Shown here piece after piece: positions 21,227 to 30,714 of a stretch of 64,000 bases of DNA. Source of the stretch: Trypanosoma brucei (lineage: Eukaryota); the NCBI GenBank assembly GCA_000002445.1, contig CH464491.1:1888001-1952000 (forward strand), in the 5' to 3' direction. The notes below the pieces were generated by a model. It worked only from the letters and a program-made list of their open reading frames with translations. It had not been told where the DNA came from and searched no databases. The position numbers and the translations under genes were made by a program. Positions within the stretch are counted from its first letter, which is position 1; each line of letters starts with the position of its first letter.

Positions 21227-22109
21227 GCGCGTGCCTTTGTGTTCGGAAGTAACATAAGGAGGGTGTGGTAAAAGAAAAAAAAATCGGCTATTCCAATCCA
21301 CATTCTTACATCGCCGTCTTGTAATAATAACCAACAGCTCCAGAAGAGAAAAGAAAGAAGAATTGAAATGCGCGCGAGTACGTGAAGAGAGGCCACACGT
21401 TCAACCACTTGCACAGGGAAGGTGTGAGTCCCATCATGCACTTATTTACCCTTTTCCTCAGTGGGGATATTGGAGAAGTATGCGGGAGCTGCAGTTGTTG
21501 TGACGAACTGCGAAATTCTGCCCAACCAAAATTCGCAAAGGCACGTGTGGACAAGAAACAGAAACAGAAAAAGCGTACCTCAATCCCCGATGTAGAAGAC
21601 ATCATTAGGCAAAACAAACAAACAAACAAGCAAACAAACACGTAGAGACACACATTCGTTGAGAAAGAGACGTGTCGCAATGAACAAGAGCGAACAAACA
21701 AACAAAAGAAGGACCCTCACAGTAGATAATCTCCTGACACGACACCTGCACACTTTCACCTGTACGCAAGTACAAAAAAGAAAGAAACAGCATTGAAAAA
21801 AGAAAAAAAAAGGGAAAGTCAGGATTAAAGCAACGAAACGGCACCGCGCGCCTAATCCACAAAATACCCTTCCATTTGTTCGCGTTGGCAATGTATGTAT
21901 TCCCCTTTTACCTTTTCTTTCTTTTCTTTTTTCTAAATATTTGCTGTTCCTCCGACTTTCAGAGACCCATTTTTTTTTTTGAAAGCAAATATGACTGTAA
22001 TCCCACCCTGATATACCTTCTTATTACACTTCACTTCTATTTCCCCTTCCCCCAGAAACACTTTTGGATCGTCCCAATCAATCCCTCTATGTCTCGTTCA
22101 TTCTCCTTT

Positions 22110-22116
<7 letters not shown>

Positions 22117-22140
<24 letters not shown>

Positions 22141-22141
22141 A
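22117..22141. repeat. (TA)12 microsatellite.
   Basis: tatatatatatatatatatatatata read directly. Confidence 0.9.
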
Positions 22142-22336
22142 TTTTTAATTCGCTCCTACACATTACTTCCGCATCACGTCCCAGACAAACCATTCCCTTT
22201 TCACATCTTTCCATATTCTTCCTTTCCTTGATTCATCACTCAATGCAAATTTGTCACCGTTTAGAGTCCTCAGTCACTAATCATATGTAAAACCAACTAA
22301 TCGAGAGAGTGCATGCAGGTGCCAGCACACATATGT

Positions 22337-22367
<31 letters not shown>

Positions 22368-22368
22368 C
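22337..22368. repeat. Compound (CA)n(TA)n microsatellite.
   Basis: acacacacacacacacacacatatatatata read directly. Confidence 0.9.
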
Positions 22369-23219
22369 TATATGGCCATAATATAGACAGCAGGAACAGT
22401 AATGTGGGAACAACCGCAGTAATTACTACAATATTTACCATTATAAGTTGATGGGTGTGTCCCAACTGCAACGAAAGTGAGGTGGGGGTCGGAAAATATA
22501 AGGAAGAAAAGAAAAGAAAAAAAAAGTGTCCTGTTTCTTTCCTCGTTACTTAGGCCATTCACTAACTTTTATTTCGGAGGAAGTTTGAGGCGAAAAATGC
22601 GCGTTTTGTCCCACTTTAGTCCTTCATTCCTTTTCCCTCCACCTCCCTTACGGAAGTGCGCAACGGCTCAATCAACAGTTCGCAAGTCCACTTTCACATG
22701 GTCATCACATAAACCCCGTGGGTTGATGTCGTGCACACCTCTCCCCCTTCACGCATGTCGACATACATTCACGAATATATGCATAAGTGCAAATGTAAGT
22801 AAATATACATTTAACTTCCTTTCTCATCTTTTCTTTACTTTCGTTCTGGCAACATTGCCTTCAGTCTTTTCGTAATACTCGTCCATTGGGTTCGCTTATT
22901 ACGCTTTGTTCCCCGTGCCTCGTCAGTTTTTTTTCCACATATATATATATATATGTATATATTTATATGGTCCTTCCTCTCCACCTTTATTTCCTTTCAA
23001 ACCTCTCTTTTTTTCATTTACTCCTCCCCTTCATGACCTCAAACCTTCAACCATTTGCTGCAGCTTTGCATTCCGGTGCGGATGAATTGTATACTTTTTT
23101 CTCTATTCCGCCCTTTCCTTTCCTTTCTTCTTACATTATTTACTCCTTTTTTTTTTCCTCTTGTCTCACCCATGCCTTTTCCCCTTTCTTTTAGCCGATC
23201 GGTCGATCTTTCTCTCTAA

Positions 23220-23220
<1 letters not shown>

Positions 23221-23250
<30 letters not shown>

Positions 23251-23256
23251 TAGATT
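23221..23256. repeat. (CA)n followed by (TAGA)n microsatellite.
   Basis: cacacacacacacacacacacatagatagatagat read directly. Confidence 0.9.
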
Positions 23257-23400
23257 CACTCACTCACATGTGTCATTTTCTTTCTGTTTTTGCTTTTGTT
23301 TTCCTCTTGGTGTATATAAACAAACATTTATATGTAGATGCAGATATATGTGTATATTTCTTTCTCTTTACGTACTTGCCTTAACCCACAAATTCAGACA

Positions 23401-23480
23401 CACGCATACACACACACACACACAAAGACACGTAAAGACACAAACACACACACACACACACACACAAAGACATACACGCA
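23401..23480. repeat. Interrupted (CA)n-rich tract in the 14-3-3 3' flank.
   Basis: cacgcatacacacacacacacacaaagacacgtaaagacacaaacacacacacacacacacacacaaagacatacacgca. Confidence 0.85.
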
Positions 23481-23572
23481 CGTCTTCTTTCCATCACGGT
23501 GCCGTTAGCCAACCGAGACCAGAAGGCAAGAAAGAAAGAAAGAAAGAAAAAATAGATGGAAATGAAGAAAAC

Positions 23573-24331
23573 TCACTCCAATTCCTCCATCGCAGTTCCG
23601 TCATCCCGTCCTTCCGGATGTGCGTCTTCTGTCCATAAGGCGAGGTTGTCACGCAACAGTTGCATGATGAGTGCCGCTTCTTTGTGTTGTTCCTCATCCA
23701 ACACATCCGGATCGCTCAGCGCCTCCTCAAAGGCCTCGCGTGCCAATTGGCAACCGCGGTCAGGACTCTTCAGGATTTCGTAATAGAAAACGGAGAAGTT
23801 TAATGCGAGTCCGAGGCGAATAGGGCTCGTCGGTTTCAATGAAGCGTTGTATTGCATTGCCTGCGTGTAAGCCTCCAGCGCCTTGTCCTTCTGTTCCTCT
23901 GTATTGGTTTCAATTTCGGCATAGTAACGGTGATAGTCGCCCTTCATCTTGAGGTAATACACTTTCGTCTCATCCGTCTCAGCATTAGGCAGCAGATGCT
24001 TCTCGATAAGTTCCAAAATGTCGATGCAAATGTCACTTAATTCCTTTTCGATTTGGCGCTTGAAGGCCTTAATGAGTGTAACATTCTTTTCTTTCTTCAG
24101 ATCCTCCTTCTGCTCCAGTGCGCTGATGCTTCTCCAACAGGCACGACGGGCTCCAATGACGTTTTTATACGCGACGGAGAGAAGATTGCGCTCCTCCGAC
24201 GACAGGACGGGGTTCAGTTTTACGACCCGTTTCATGCAAACGAGGATCTCGTCATACCGCTCACACTGTTCAGCGATCCGCGCCATGACTGTAAGCTGCT
24301 CGCGCTTTTCAGGTATTTGAAAGCCCGCCAT
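23573..24331 (-). CDS. 14-3-3: 14-3-3 protein, likely the T. brucei 14-3-3 II ortholog given its neighbourhood next to the PIF1/PIF2 helicase pair.
   Basis: Unmistakable 14-3-3 signature across the whole protein: ...[46 protein letters not shown]... [17 protein letters not shown] ... [35 protein letters not shown]. The ORF in the track starts 21 codons upstream ([21 protein letters not shown]), which is a purine-tract artefact. The real start is [13 protein letters not shown] at 24331. Confidence 0.92.
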   Translation of the reverse strand: MAGFQIPEKREQLTVMARIAEQCERYDEILVCMKRVVKLNPVLSSEERNLLSVAYKNVIGARRACWRSISALEQKEDLKKEKNVTLIKAFKRQIEKELSDICIDILELIEKHLLPNAETDETKVYYLKMKGDYHRYYAEIETNTEEQKDKALEAYTQAMQYNASLKPTSPIRLGLALNFSVFYYEILKSPDRGCQLAREAFEEALSDPDVLDEEQHKEAALIMQLLRDNLALWTEDAHPEGRDDGTAMEELE

Positions 24332-24649
24332 TTTAACCGCTTGTTTTTTCTTTTGTTTTTTTTGTTGTTGTTGATATACGCGTTCTTTGTTCACTTATTT
24401 TCTTCTCTTTTTTTTTTAATATAGATTTTTTTTTGTTTATTCTACGTACTGTTATTTAAAGCAAAAATGGTAATAACAGCAACGCTGGTGTAAAGACCCA
24501 CCTTCACTTGATGCTATTCTCCTCTTTTTTTTTCTTTTTTTTTTCAAAAAAAAATGTTGACTTCACCTATTTTGACGTTCTCTTTCCTTCTCACGTTGCT
24601 CTATCCTTTTTATTATTGTTATTATTCTTTTTTTTCTCGATTGAATCTC

Positions 24650-25080
24650 TTTAACTACAGCACACGAAAAAAAAAAGAAGGAAACAACAACAACAACACG
24701 AGACGGTTGTGTACAATGATAATAATGAGAGCAACAGAAGGTGACAAAACAAACAAAAGAAAAACAGTAATAAACAAAATTTAAAGTAATAATAAAAATG
24801 ATAAAAAAAAAAAGGAAACATAAATAGAAACCGAAGATACCCATAATATGTAGGAATTTTAAAAAAAACAAAGGGAAAAAAGAAAAAAAAACTTCGAAAA
24901 ACAAAAAACAAAGTAAAGAAAGAAAGAATAATAACAAACAACAAAAACAACAAAAAACAAAAGAAATCGTAAATGGAAAAAAAAACAGCCATGAGAAAAA
25001 TGTGTGAAGGCAAGAAATATATGATGAGAGAGGCGAGAAAACAAAAAGGTGGAGAGGAAAACAAAAAAAAATAATTATAA
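24650..25080 (-). promoter_or_regulatory. Extended polypyrimidine region (mRNA sense) 0.3-0.75 kb upstream of the 14-3-3 start codon. Candidate SL-acceptor region implying a long 5'UTR.
   Basis: Plus strand purine-rich: cacgaaaaaaaaaagaaggaaacaacaacaacaacacg ... aaaaaaaacaaagggaaaaaagaaaaaaaaacttcgaaaaacaaaaaacaaagtaaagaaagaaagaataataacaaacaacaaaaacaac. Confidence 0.45.
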
Positions 25081-26856
25081 AAGGGTGTCGTATCATCGTT
25101 ACATTTCACGCAAAAAAATGTATGAATAGAGTAGAGGCCTTATTGCATTTACCATTATAATCATCACCATTATTATTATTATTATTATTCTTATCCCGTT
25201 CTTTTCTATTTGTGTGTGTGTTTTTTTTTTAATTTGATTTCGCAAGGGTTGCTCCATTCTCGGTACCAGCTTTTCTTTTTTTCTTTTTATTTCTTAAAAG
25301 AAATTTAAGTTTTGATATATATATATATATATATATTGTTTAAAAATTAATTGCCCCATTTTCCTTCTTCTTAATTTCTATATTCACTTTTGCCCCTGCT
25401 CCACTTCACCTCCGCACAACAAAACAACAACAGAAAGATACCGTTACAAATATGCAAACATTCCACACAGCCCGAAACCAACCGCGCTCAAACAAATAAA
25501 ATAATAACAATAATAATAATAAAGGAAACAACAAAAATACAACACGATATCATAATAATAAAGAACTCTATGGTATTTTCCCCCTTTCAACAGGTTTCTT
25601 TTAGCCAAAAATATTTTCATTTATAAAAAGGGGTAAAGAAATGACAAAACAAATCACAACAGGTTGGTAATGATGACTGCAGGTGTACGTTAAGTAAAAG
25701 GTTTTGTGGGCTTAAAATATGTTTGCATATGTTTTTCTTTTCTTTTTTTAACCACCTCTCTTTTCCTCCTCCTCCTCCTTTACGTTTGTGTTGTTGTGCG
25801 AAGTAAAGTGTGAAGTGAATTGGGAAGTGATGTGTTGTTATATAAATATATATATTTTTTATTTTTTTTATTTATTCGACTCCCTTCTTTTTTCTTTTTG
25901 TGTTTCCTCTCCGCCAATTGTAGAACCTCACTGATGTATTTTAACTTCTTTTTTTTTTTGCGTCTATGGTGCCACAGCGCTCATCGTATTGAAAAACGGT
26001 TCGCGCCGCGCGGGAGAAAAATTGAAAAAAAAACAATTGAAAGTGTTTGTGTTTATTTATTTATTATTTTTTTTTTGCGATTAAATTGTGTGTGTAAAAG
26101 TGAGTGAGTGAATGAATGAATGTGGATGTATATATATATGTGTATGTGTATGTGTCTATGGGGTCCTTTTACACATCCTCTGGCTGTTCCATTTACCAAT
26201 CTACAAAACAAAATAAAAATAAAGAGGAATCAACTGAATCACGCGCAAACACAAGACCAAAAATAAAAAATTAAAAAAAAGATAAAAATAAAAAAAAATA
26301 AAAAAGATAATTCGGCCGTTTCATGCAGCAGAATATGTAGAGGCTCTATATTTCGGATCCCTGAGGCGTATATATATATATATTTTTTCCTTCCCTCTTC
26401 TTCTTTTGTTCTCTCGTCCTTCTGAAATGTATAATGAACGAAGAAATATACGACCAACGGCTCCGAAGTGGAACATAAAACATAAAATAAAAGAAAACAT
26501 AAAAAAAACGAAGAGGGGAATACTTGTGTTTGCATATTCATATATAAATATATAAATATATATGTGCGTGTGTGATTCGTAAGAGGGGAAGGAAATATAT
26601 GTTGGACTTCCACCAAAGAAACAGTCCGTCATCTAAATTGTAAGGGGAAGGGAAGAAGAGGTGTAGTAAAACAAAAAACAAGAAAGGGTGGGGAAATGTA
26701 CAAAGGGAAGGGAGAAACTTATCCTTTAAAACAAAATAATAATAATAAAAAAACATTAGACAAAACACGATAAAAATACAAGGGTAAGGAAGAACTGTAA
26801 CAAACAATAAATTAAAAAAAAAACAACAACAAAGAAACAAAGTTTTTAATTCGATT

Positions 26857-29646
26857 CTATTCCAACGACTCACCAGAGGAGGCCTTGGTGGTGTCAGTCT
26901 GTTTTGCACCCTCCACCGCCATTTTCTTTTGGCGGCGCTCGTGCATACGTATGGTGCGCTCAGTCTGCTTGATCAGCTTTCGCAACCGTCGTGACACAAC
27001 CATCGAATGTTCTAACGACCCTTTAACAGGACCCGAAAGACCTAACTGCTGTACGGGAACACTTCCACCTTCTTTTGCTGCTCCATTTTGCAAGTACCGG
27101 TCTAAAGAAGTCCCCTGACGCCGTAAATGATAAACCATATCATTACAGCGCTTCCATGAGGACACGGGGTACTCGGCTAACGATGGCAAATTGTCTACGG
27201 TATTAAGTTCACGGTCAAACTTGACACAAGCCTCATTTGCCAGCACCATCTTGGGGTCAAAAGAAGACATACTAAGTTGCTCTGGGTTGCGTACACGACT
27301 CATGGCGACGTATAACAAATGCTCACAGGGCCACATGCGGGACAGTTCGAGATGGACACGACCAACAAGCGTTAGTCCCTGCACCTTATGGACGGTGAAG
27401 GCATATGCTAAACTAAGGGGCAGGGATACGCTGCTTAGACTGTAGTACTGGGTAATGGGATTTCCACCAACCAAAAATTCCCACGGCGGGACAACAATCG
27501 TTTCACCACTATGGAACTTAACTACAGGTAAAAGCGGTACGGGCATGCCGCATTCCATCGTGCAGTAAATACGATACCTATCGACGCAGCGGTTCACACG
27601 TTCGCAACGAAGGGCAACAGGAATATTTTCCATACTACACTCCACGAAGTCCACTACTGTACCAATACTCCCGTTGACTAAACGTGAAGTGAGGTTGGTA
27701 CGCAAAAGGACGCGGCACCCCTTCTTTAGCGTAAGCGGTTGCGCGATGGGGTGCTTTGCCATAAGCCTCTGCAGACATTCCTCGTGCTCTGGCGTGTGCA
27801 GACCGTCTCCGCTGGGTATAATCTCCGTCACAGTGGCTCCTATGTCTAAGTCATTGATCAGGCCTGCAACTTCTAGGAAACGCTCGCGTATCGCGTCACG
27901 CCAAGCAACACTTTCGCTCTGCGGAAGGTAAACGCGTACGGCATGACCATCTTCGTAGATACGGTAGGCAGACACCATGGATGCCCTAGGGATGTCAACT
28001 GTGGCTTGCAGCAATCCACGCAAGTGCTTTGTAAACTCCTCCACTTTGAAATCCTTCGTTGTCCTCATGAGGAGTGTTGCTGTGGTGTCACACCTAAGAG
28101 CTGTTATACCCGTCTCCGGCGTAAGGGTGACAGCATCTCCGGGAAGGCGTTTCAGTTCTTCTTCATTCGCTGTGTTTACTTCCTTGTTGGTTGGAAGAAG
28201 GTTCACGGCTGCCGGTACCATAGTTCCCGGTGGAAGCTGTTCAACAGACGCTGTCAAACTTTCCGGCACAAGTCCTACACGCATTTGTTGCAACGCATCT
28301 GCAAAAAGACTGCTCTTGGCTTGGCGAACCTGAGTTTCCAGGCGGATCTTCACGAATTTCTCCCGGAAAGTAGTGGAATGGATTATCGGGGGCTCATTGA
28401 TCACACCTAGCTGCAGGAAATCACCACAGAGGATGATTTGCACCCCGCCAAAGGGCACGTCCGGCGCACCAGCTTCCTCACGGAGAACCCTATCGAACTC
28501 CTCAAACATTTTCTTAGGCAACATAGACACTTCATCAATGATGATAGCGTCGTAGCTCAATAGGTGGTTCTTTCGCACGAAGTCACCCTGGGCGGAAACT
28601 CCCATGGCGTGGTGGAAGGTTGAACCTCCAATGTGGCAACCAGCAACACCTGTGGTGGCCGTCATTGCAACGCGCAATCCCTCCGCTTGCATCCGTCTAC
28701 ACAAGGCGCGTAGCAAAACCGTCTTTCCTGTACCAGCACTGCCACCAATGTACATCAAGTGGCCTTTCAGGGCCAGGTTAATGACCTTCTCCTGCTCCTC
28801 GTTAAGATCAACCGCAACAAACTCATCGGCCAAGCCACCGTCTAGGATATTCTGCAGGTCCGTATCGCCCACAGCATTGACAACGGCGGCGTAACGGCTG
28901 TGCGTTAGGTTGTTAATCTTCACCTGCATCATCTGCTGAATCGCTTCGGCTGGATCTTCAACTCTGCGGTTGCGTAGGATCACCCCGAGGGCACGGATAA
29001 TTGTTACGGGCCAGTTGGAGGGGAGCGTCGCCGTACCCTTCCTCATTCTCTGCGCGAGGTCCCGGAGGACATCGGGCTTCTCAACGTACAGCTGCCGTTT
29101 GTTGTTGACACCAAACCCTATGCTCTTCAAGCATAAGAAGGATGGTGATGTCTCCGATGTCATACGGCCAGTCAGTGCGTTGTACACCAACGTCGAATGA
29201 AGGGGTAGTTGAGGCTCACCGTCTATTGGCCCCATCGTTTCCTCTTGTGGCTGAATTTGTGGTGGTGTGGCTGCCAGGGGCTCCTCCTTAACTTCAGCGG
29301 CGCGCACCTCCAGAGTGGCAGGGGGTTGGATGGCGTCTGGCATGTTTTCCTGAGGCAGTGCAACGCCTTCCCGCGCCCCCGTCACTGAAGTTTGCGCGTC
29401 TGTGGGTGTTGAGAGGGTCGTCGTTGCTTTGGAACGTCGCTTTGAGCCCCTCTTGGGCTCACGCTTGCGCTCCTTCTCCGTTCCACTGGTGAAGCGCATG
29501 GCACAAAATAGTGCACCGGCGTTGTAGTCAACAGGCATCAGTGCGGTGCGAACGAGTCCGACAGAAGCGCTTTTACGTGGTAGAGTTGAAGCTGATGTAC
29601 CCGACAACGCCACATTGTACGCTGGTTGGAGGAGCCGACGCAACAT
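26857..29646 (-). CDS. PIF1-family 5'-3' DNA helicase with an N-terminal mitochondrial-targeting-like presequence (TbPIF1-like; adjacent to the 14-3-3 gene).
   Basis: Walker A GSAGTGKTVLLRALCRRMQAEG. PIF1 motifs [61 protein letters not shown], and a C-terminal [18 protein letters not shown]...[14 protein letters not shown]-terminus MLRRLLQPAYNVALSGTSAS... is R-rich and amphipathic. Confidence 0.9.
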   Translation of the reverse strand: MLRRLLQPAYNVALSGTSASTLPRKSASVGLVRTALMPVDYNAGALFCAMRFTSGTEKERKREPKRGSKRRSKATTTLSTPTDAQTSVTGAREGVALPQENMPDAIQPPATLEVRAAEVKEEPLAATPPQIQPQEETMGPIDGEPQLPLHSTLVYNALTGRMTSETSPSFLCLKSIGFGVNNKRQLYVEKPDVLRDLAQRMRKGTATLPSNWPVTIIRALGVILRNRRVEDPAEAIQQMMQVKINNLTHSRYAAVVNAVGDTDLQNILDGGLADEFVAVDLNEEQEKVINLALKGHLMYIGGSAGTGKTVLLRALCRRMQAEGLRVAMTATTGVAGCHIGGSTFHHAMGVSAQGDFVRKNHLLSYDAIIIDEVSMLPKKMFEEFDRVLREEAGAPDVPFGGVQIILCGDFLQLGVINEPPIIHSTTFREKFVKIRLETQVRQAKSSLFADALQQMRVGLVPESLTASVEQLPPGTMVPAAVNLLPTNKEVNTANEEELKRLPGDAVTLTPETGITALRCDTTATLLMRTTKDFKVEEFTKHLRGLLQATVDIPRASMVSAYRIYEDGHAVRVYLPQSESVAWRDAIRERFLEVAGLINDLDIGATVTEIIPSGDGLHTPEHEECLQRLMAKHPIAQPLTLKKGCRVLLRTNLTSRLVNGSIGTVVDFVECSMENIPVALRCERVNRCVDRYRIYCTMECGMPVPLLPVVKFHSGETIVVPPWEFLVGGNPITQYYSLSSVSLPLSLAYAFTVHKVQGLTLVGRVHLELSRMWPCEHLLYVAMSRVRNPEQLSMSSFDPKMVLANEACVKFDRELNTVDNLPSLAEYPVSSWKRCNDMVYHLRRQGTSLDRYLQNGAAKEGGSVPVQQLGLSGPVKGSLEHSMVVSRRLRKLIKQTERTIRMHERRQKKMAVEGAKQTDTTKASSGESLE
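27275..27434. repeat. 160-nt segment inside PIF1-like gene A, ~97% identical (5 mismatches) to 30965..31124 in PIF1-like gene B. Duplicated/homogenised tract.
   Basis: Direct comparison: agttgctctgggttgcgtacacgactcatggcgacgtataacaaatg[c/a]tcacagggccacatgcgggacagttcgagatggacacgacc[aa/gg]caagcgttagtccctgcaccttatg[g/a]acggtgaaggcatatgctaaactaaggggcagggatacg[c/a]tgc. The flanks on both sides are unrelated at nucleotide level. Confidence 0.9.
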
Positions 29647-29744
29647 AACGTATGCACGAGTAAAAGGCTCTTTAACTCGATTTCCTCGGTGGATGTCGTT
29701 GGAATAGTATCAGTTGCTGCTGCTGGATCGTTGTAAAAAGGACA

Positions 29745-29812
29745 ACAGCAACCGGAAAAAAGGGGGAAGAGAGGGAATTAAAAATAAAATAAAAAAAGAA
29801 AAGAAAATAAGT
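29745..29812 (-). promoter_or_regulatory. Polypyrimidine tract (mRNA sense) ~100-170 nt upstream of the PIF1-like (26857..29646) ATG.
   Basis: Plus strand: aaccggaaaaaagggggaagagagggaattaaaaataaaataaaaaaagaaaagaaaataag. Confidence 0.5.
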
Positions 29813-30714
29813 GCTTTTATAGACGCTTAGAGGTAGCTCGTATATATACCTCTTTGTAGCTTGATCTAGTGGGAATGTTTATGGTGTATCTTTTTTGCTT
29901 TTTTTTGGCTTTAAAGATCTTTTCGTTTTCTCTTTTTTTTAAAAAAAACTTGCTGTATGGTTAATCTACTGTTTGTGCGTCTAAGAATAATAACTTTTCG
30001 TATTAGGCATAGGTTGTTACATAAAGAAAAGAGAGATGGAGGTGCAGGTACGAGTGCAAGTGCAAGTGCAAACAAACGGACATACACAAGTACGAAAACG
30101 TATGGAAGGTTAGCATAGTCCATGGTACCAATTTTTAGTCTAAATTACACGCGAACAACAAACGAAACAAAAAAATATATACGAGGGGAGGAATGAAAAG
30201 AAACGCCAAAAATAAACACGAATTATTCCACCACTCCCGTACACAGCACGTGTAGTCACTGCGAATGGATTTACAAATGTTGTTAGAGCTTCTTTGCCAC
30301 TTTTGAGAGAACTTCGCTGGAATGGGAATGGGCAAGAGATAGTAACAACAGTAGTAACGACAAAATCCTTCTCCCTTCCTGTGGCAAGCCATCTTAAGAC
30401 ATACGAAAGGAAGCAAGCGTGGGGAGACTTAGAGAAGGTATTTTTTTTTTTTTTTGTGACGGAGAGGGAGGAAAACGGTGGGAAAAATCAGAAGCACATA
30501 CCCTCCGCAATTTTCAAGGGATCACTGCACCAAATAAAGAATAAGCGGATAAACTGTACAGTTAATGACACAACTATATGGCACCAATAAAATAAAGCAC
30601 ATGAGAGAACCCATGTATTGTCGTCCCTCAACCTTGTGCACGCATCCAGAAGCAGTAAATAGCAGAGCACGCGCATTTTACCCGGTATGTTTGTGTGGCA
30701 ACCCGGCTATGATT

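Noticed and set aside
20613-21441. Three overlapping minus-strand ORFs (154, 140 and 228 aa) extremely rich in F/L/S/P.
   Set aside because: They are literal translations of a ~300-nt polypyrimidine tract (plus-strand purine runs) and TA/CA repeats. There are no stop codons simply because of composition. This is a regulatory tract, not coding.
24563-25109. Minus-strand ORFs of 177/152/61 aa (poly-F/L/C) and the plus-strand ORF 24554..24784 upstream of the 14-3-3 gene.
   Set aside because: Homopolymer-driven open frames within the polyY splice-acceptor region. No coding-like composition.
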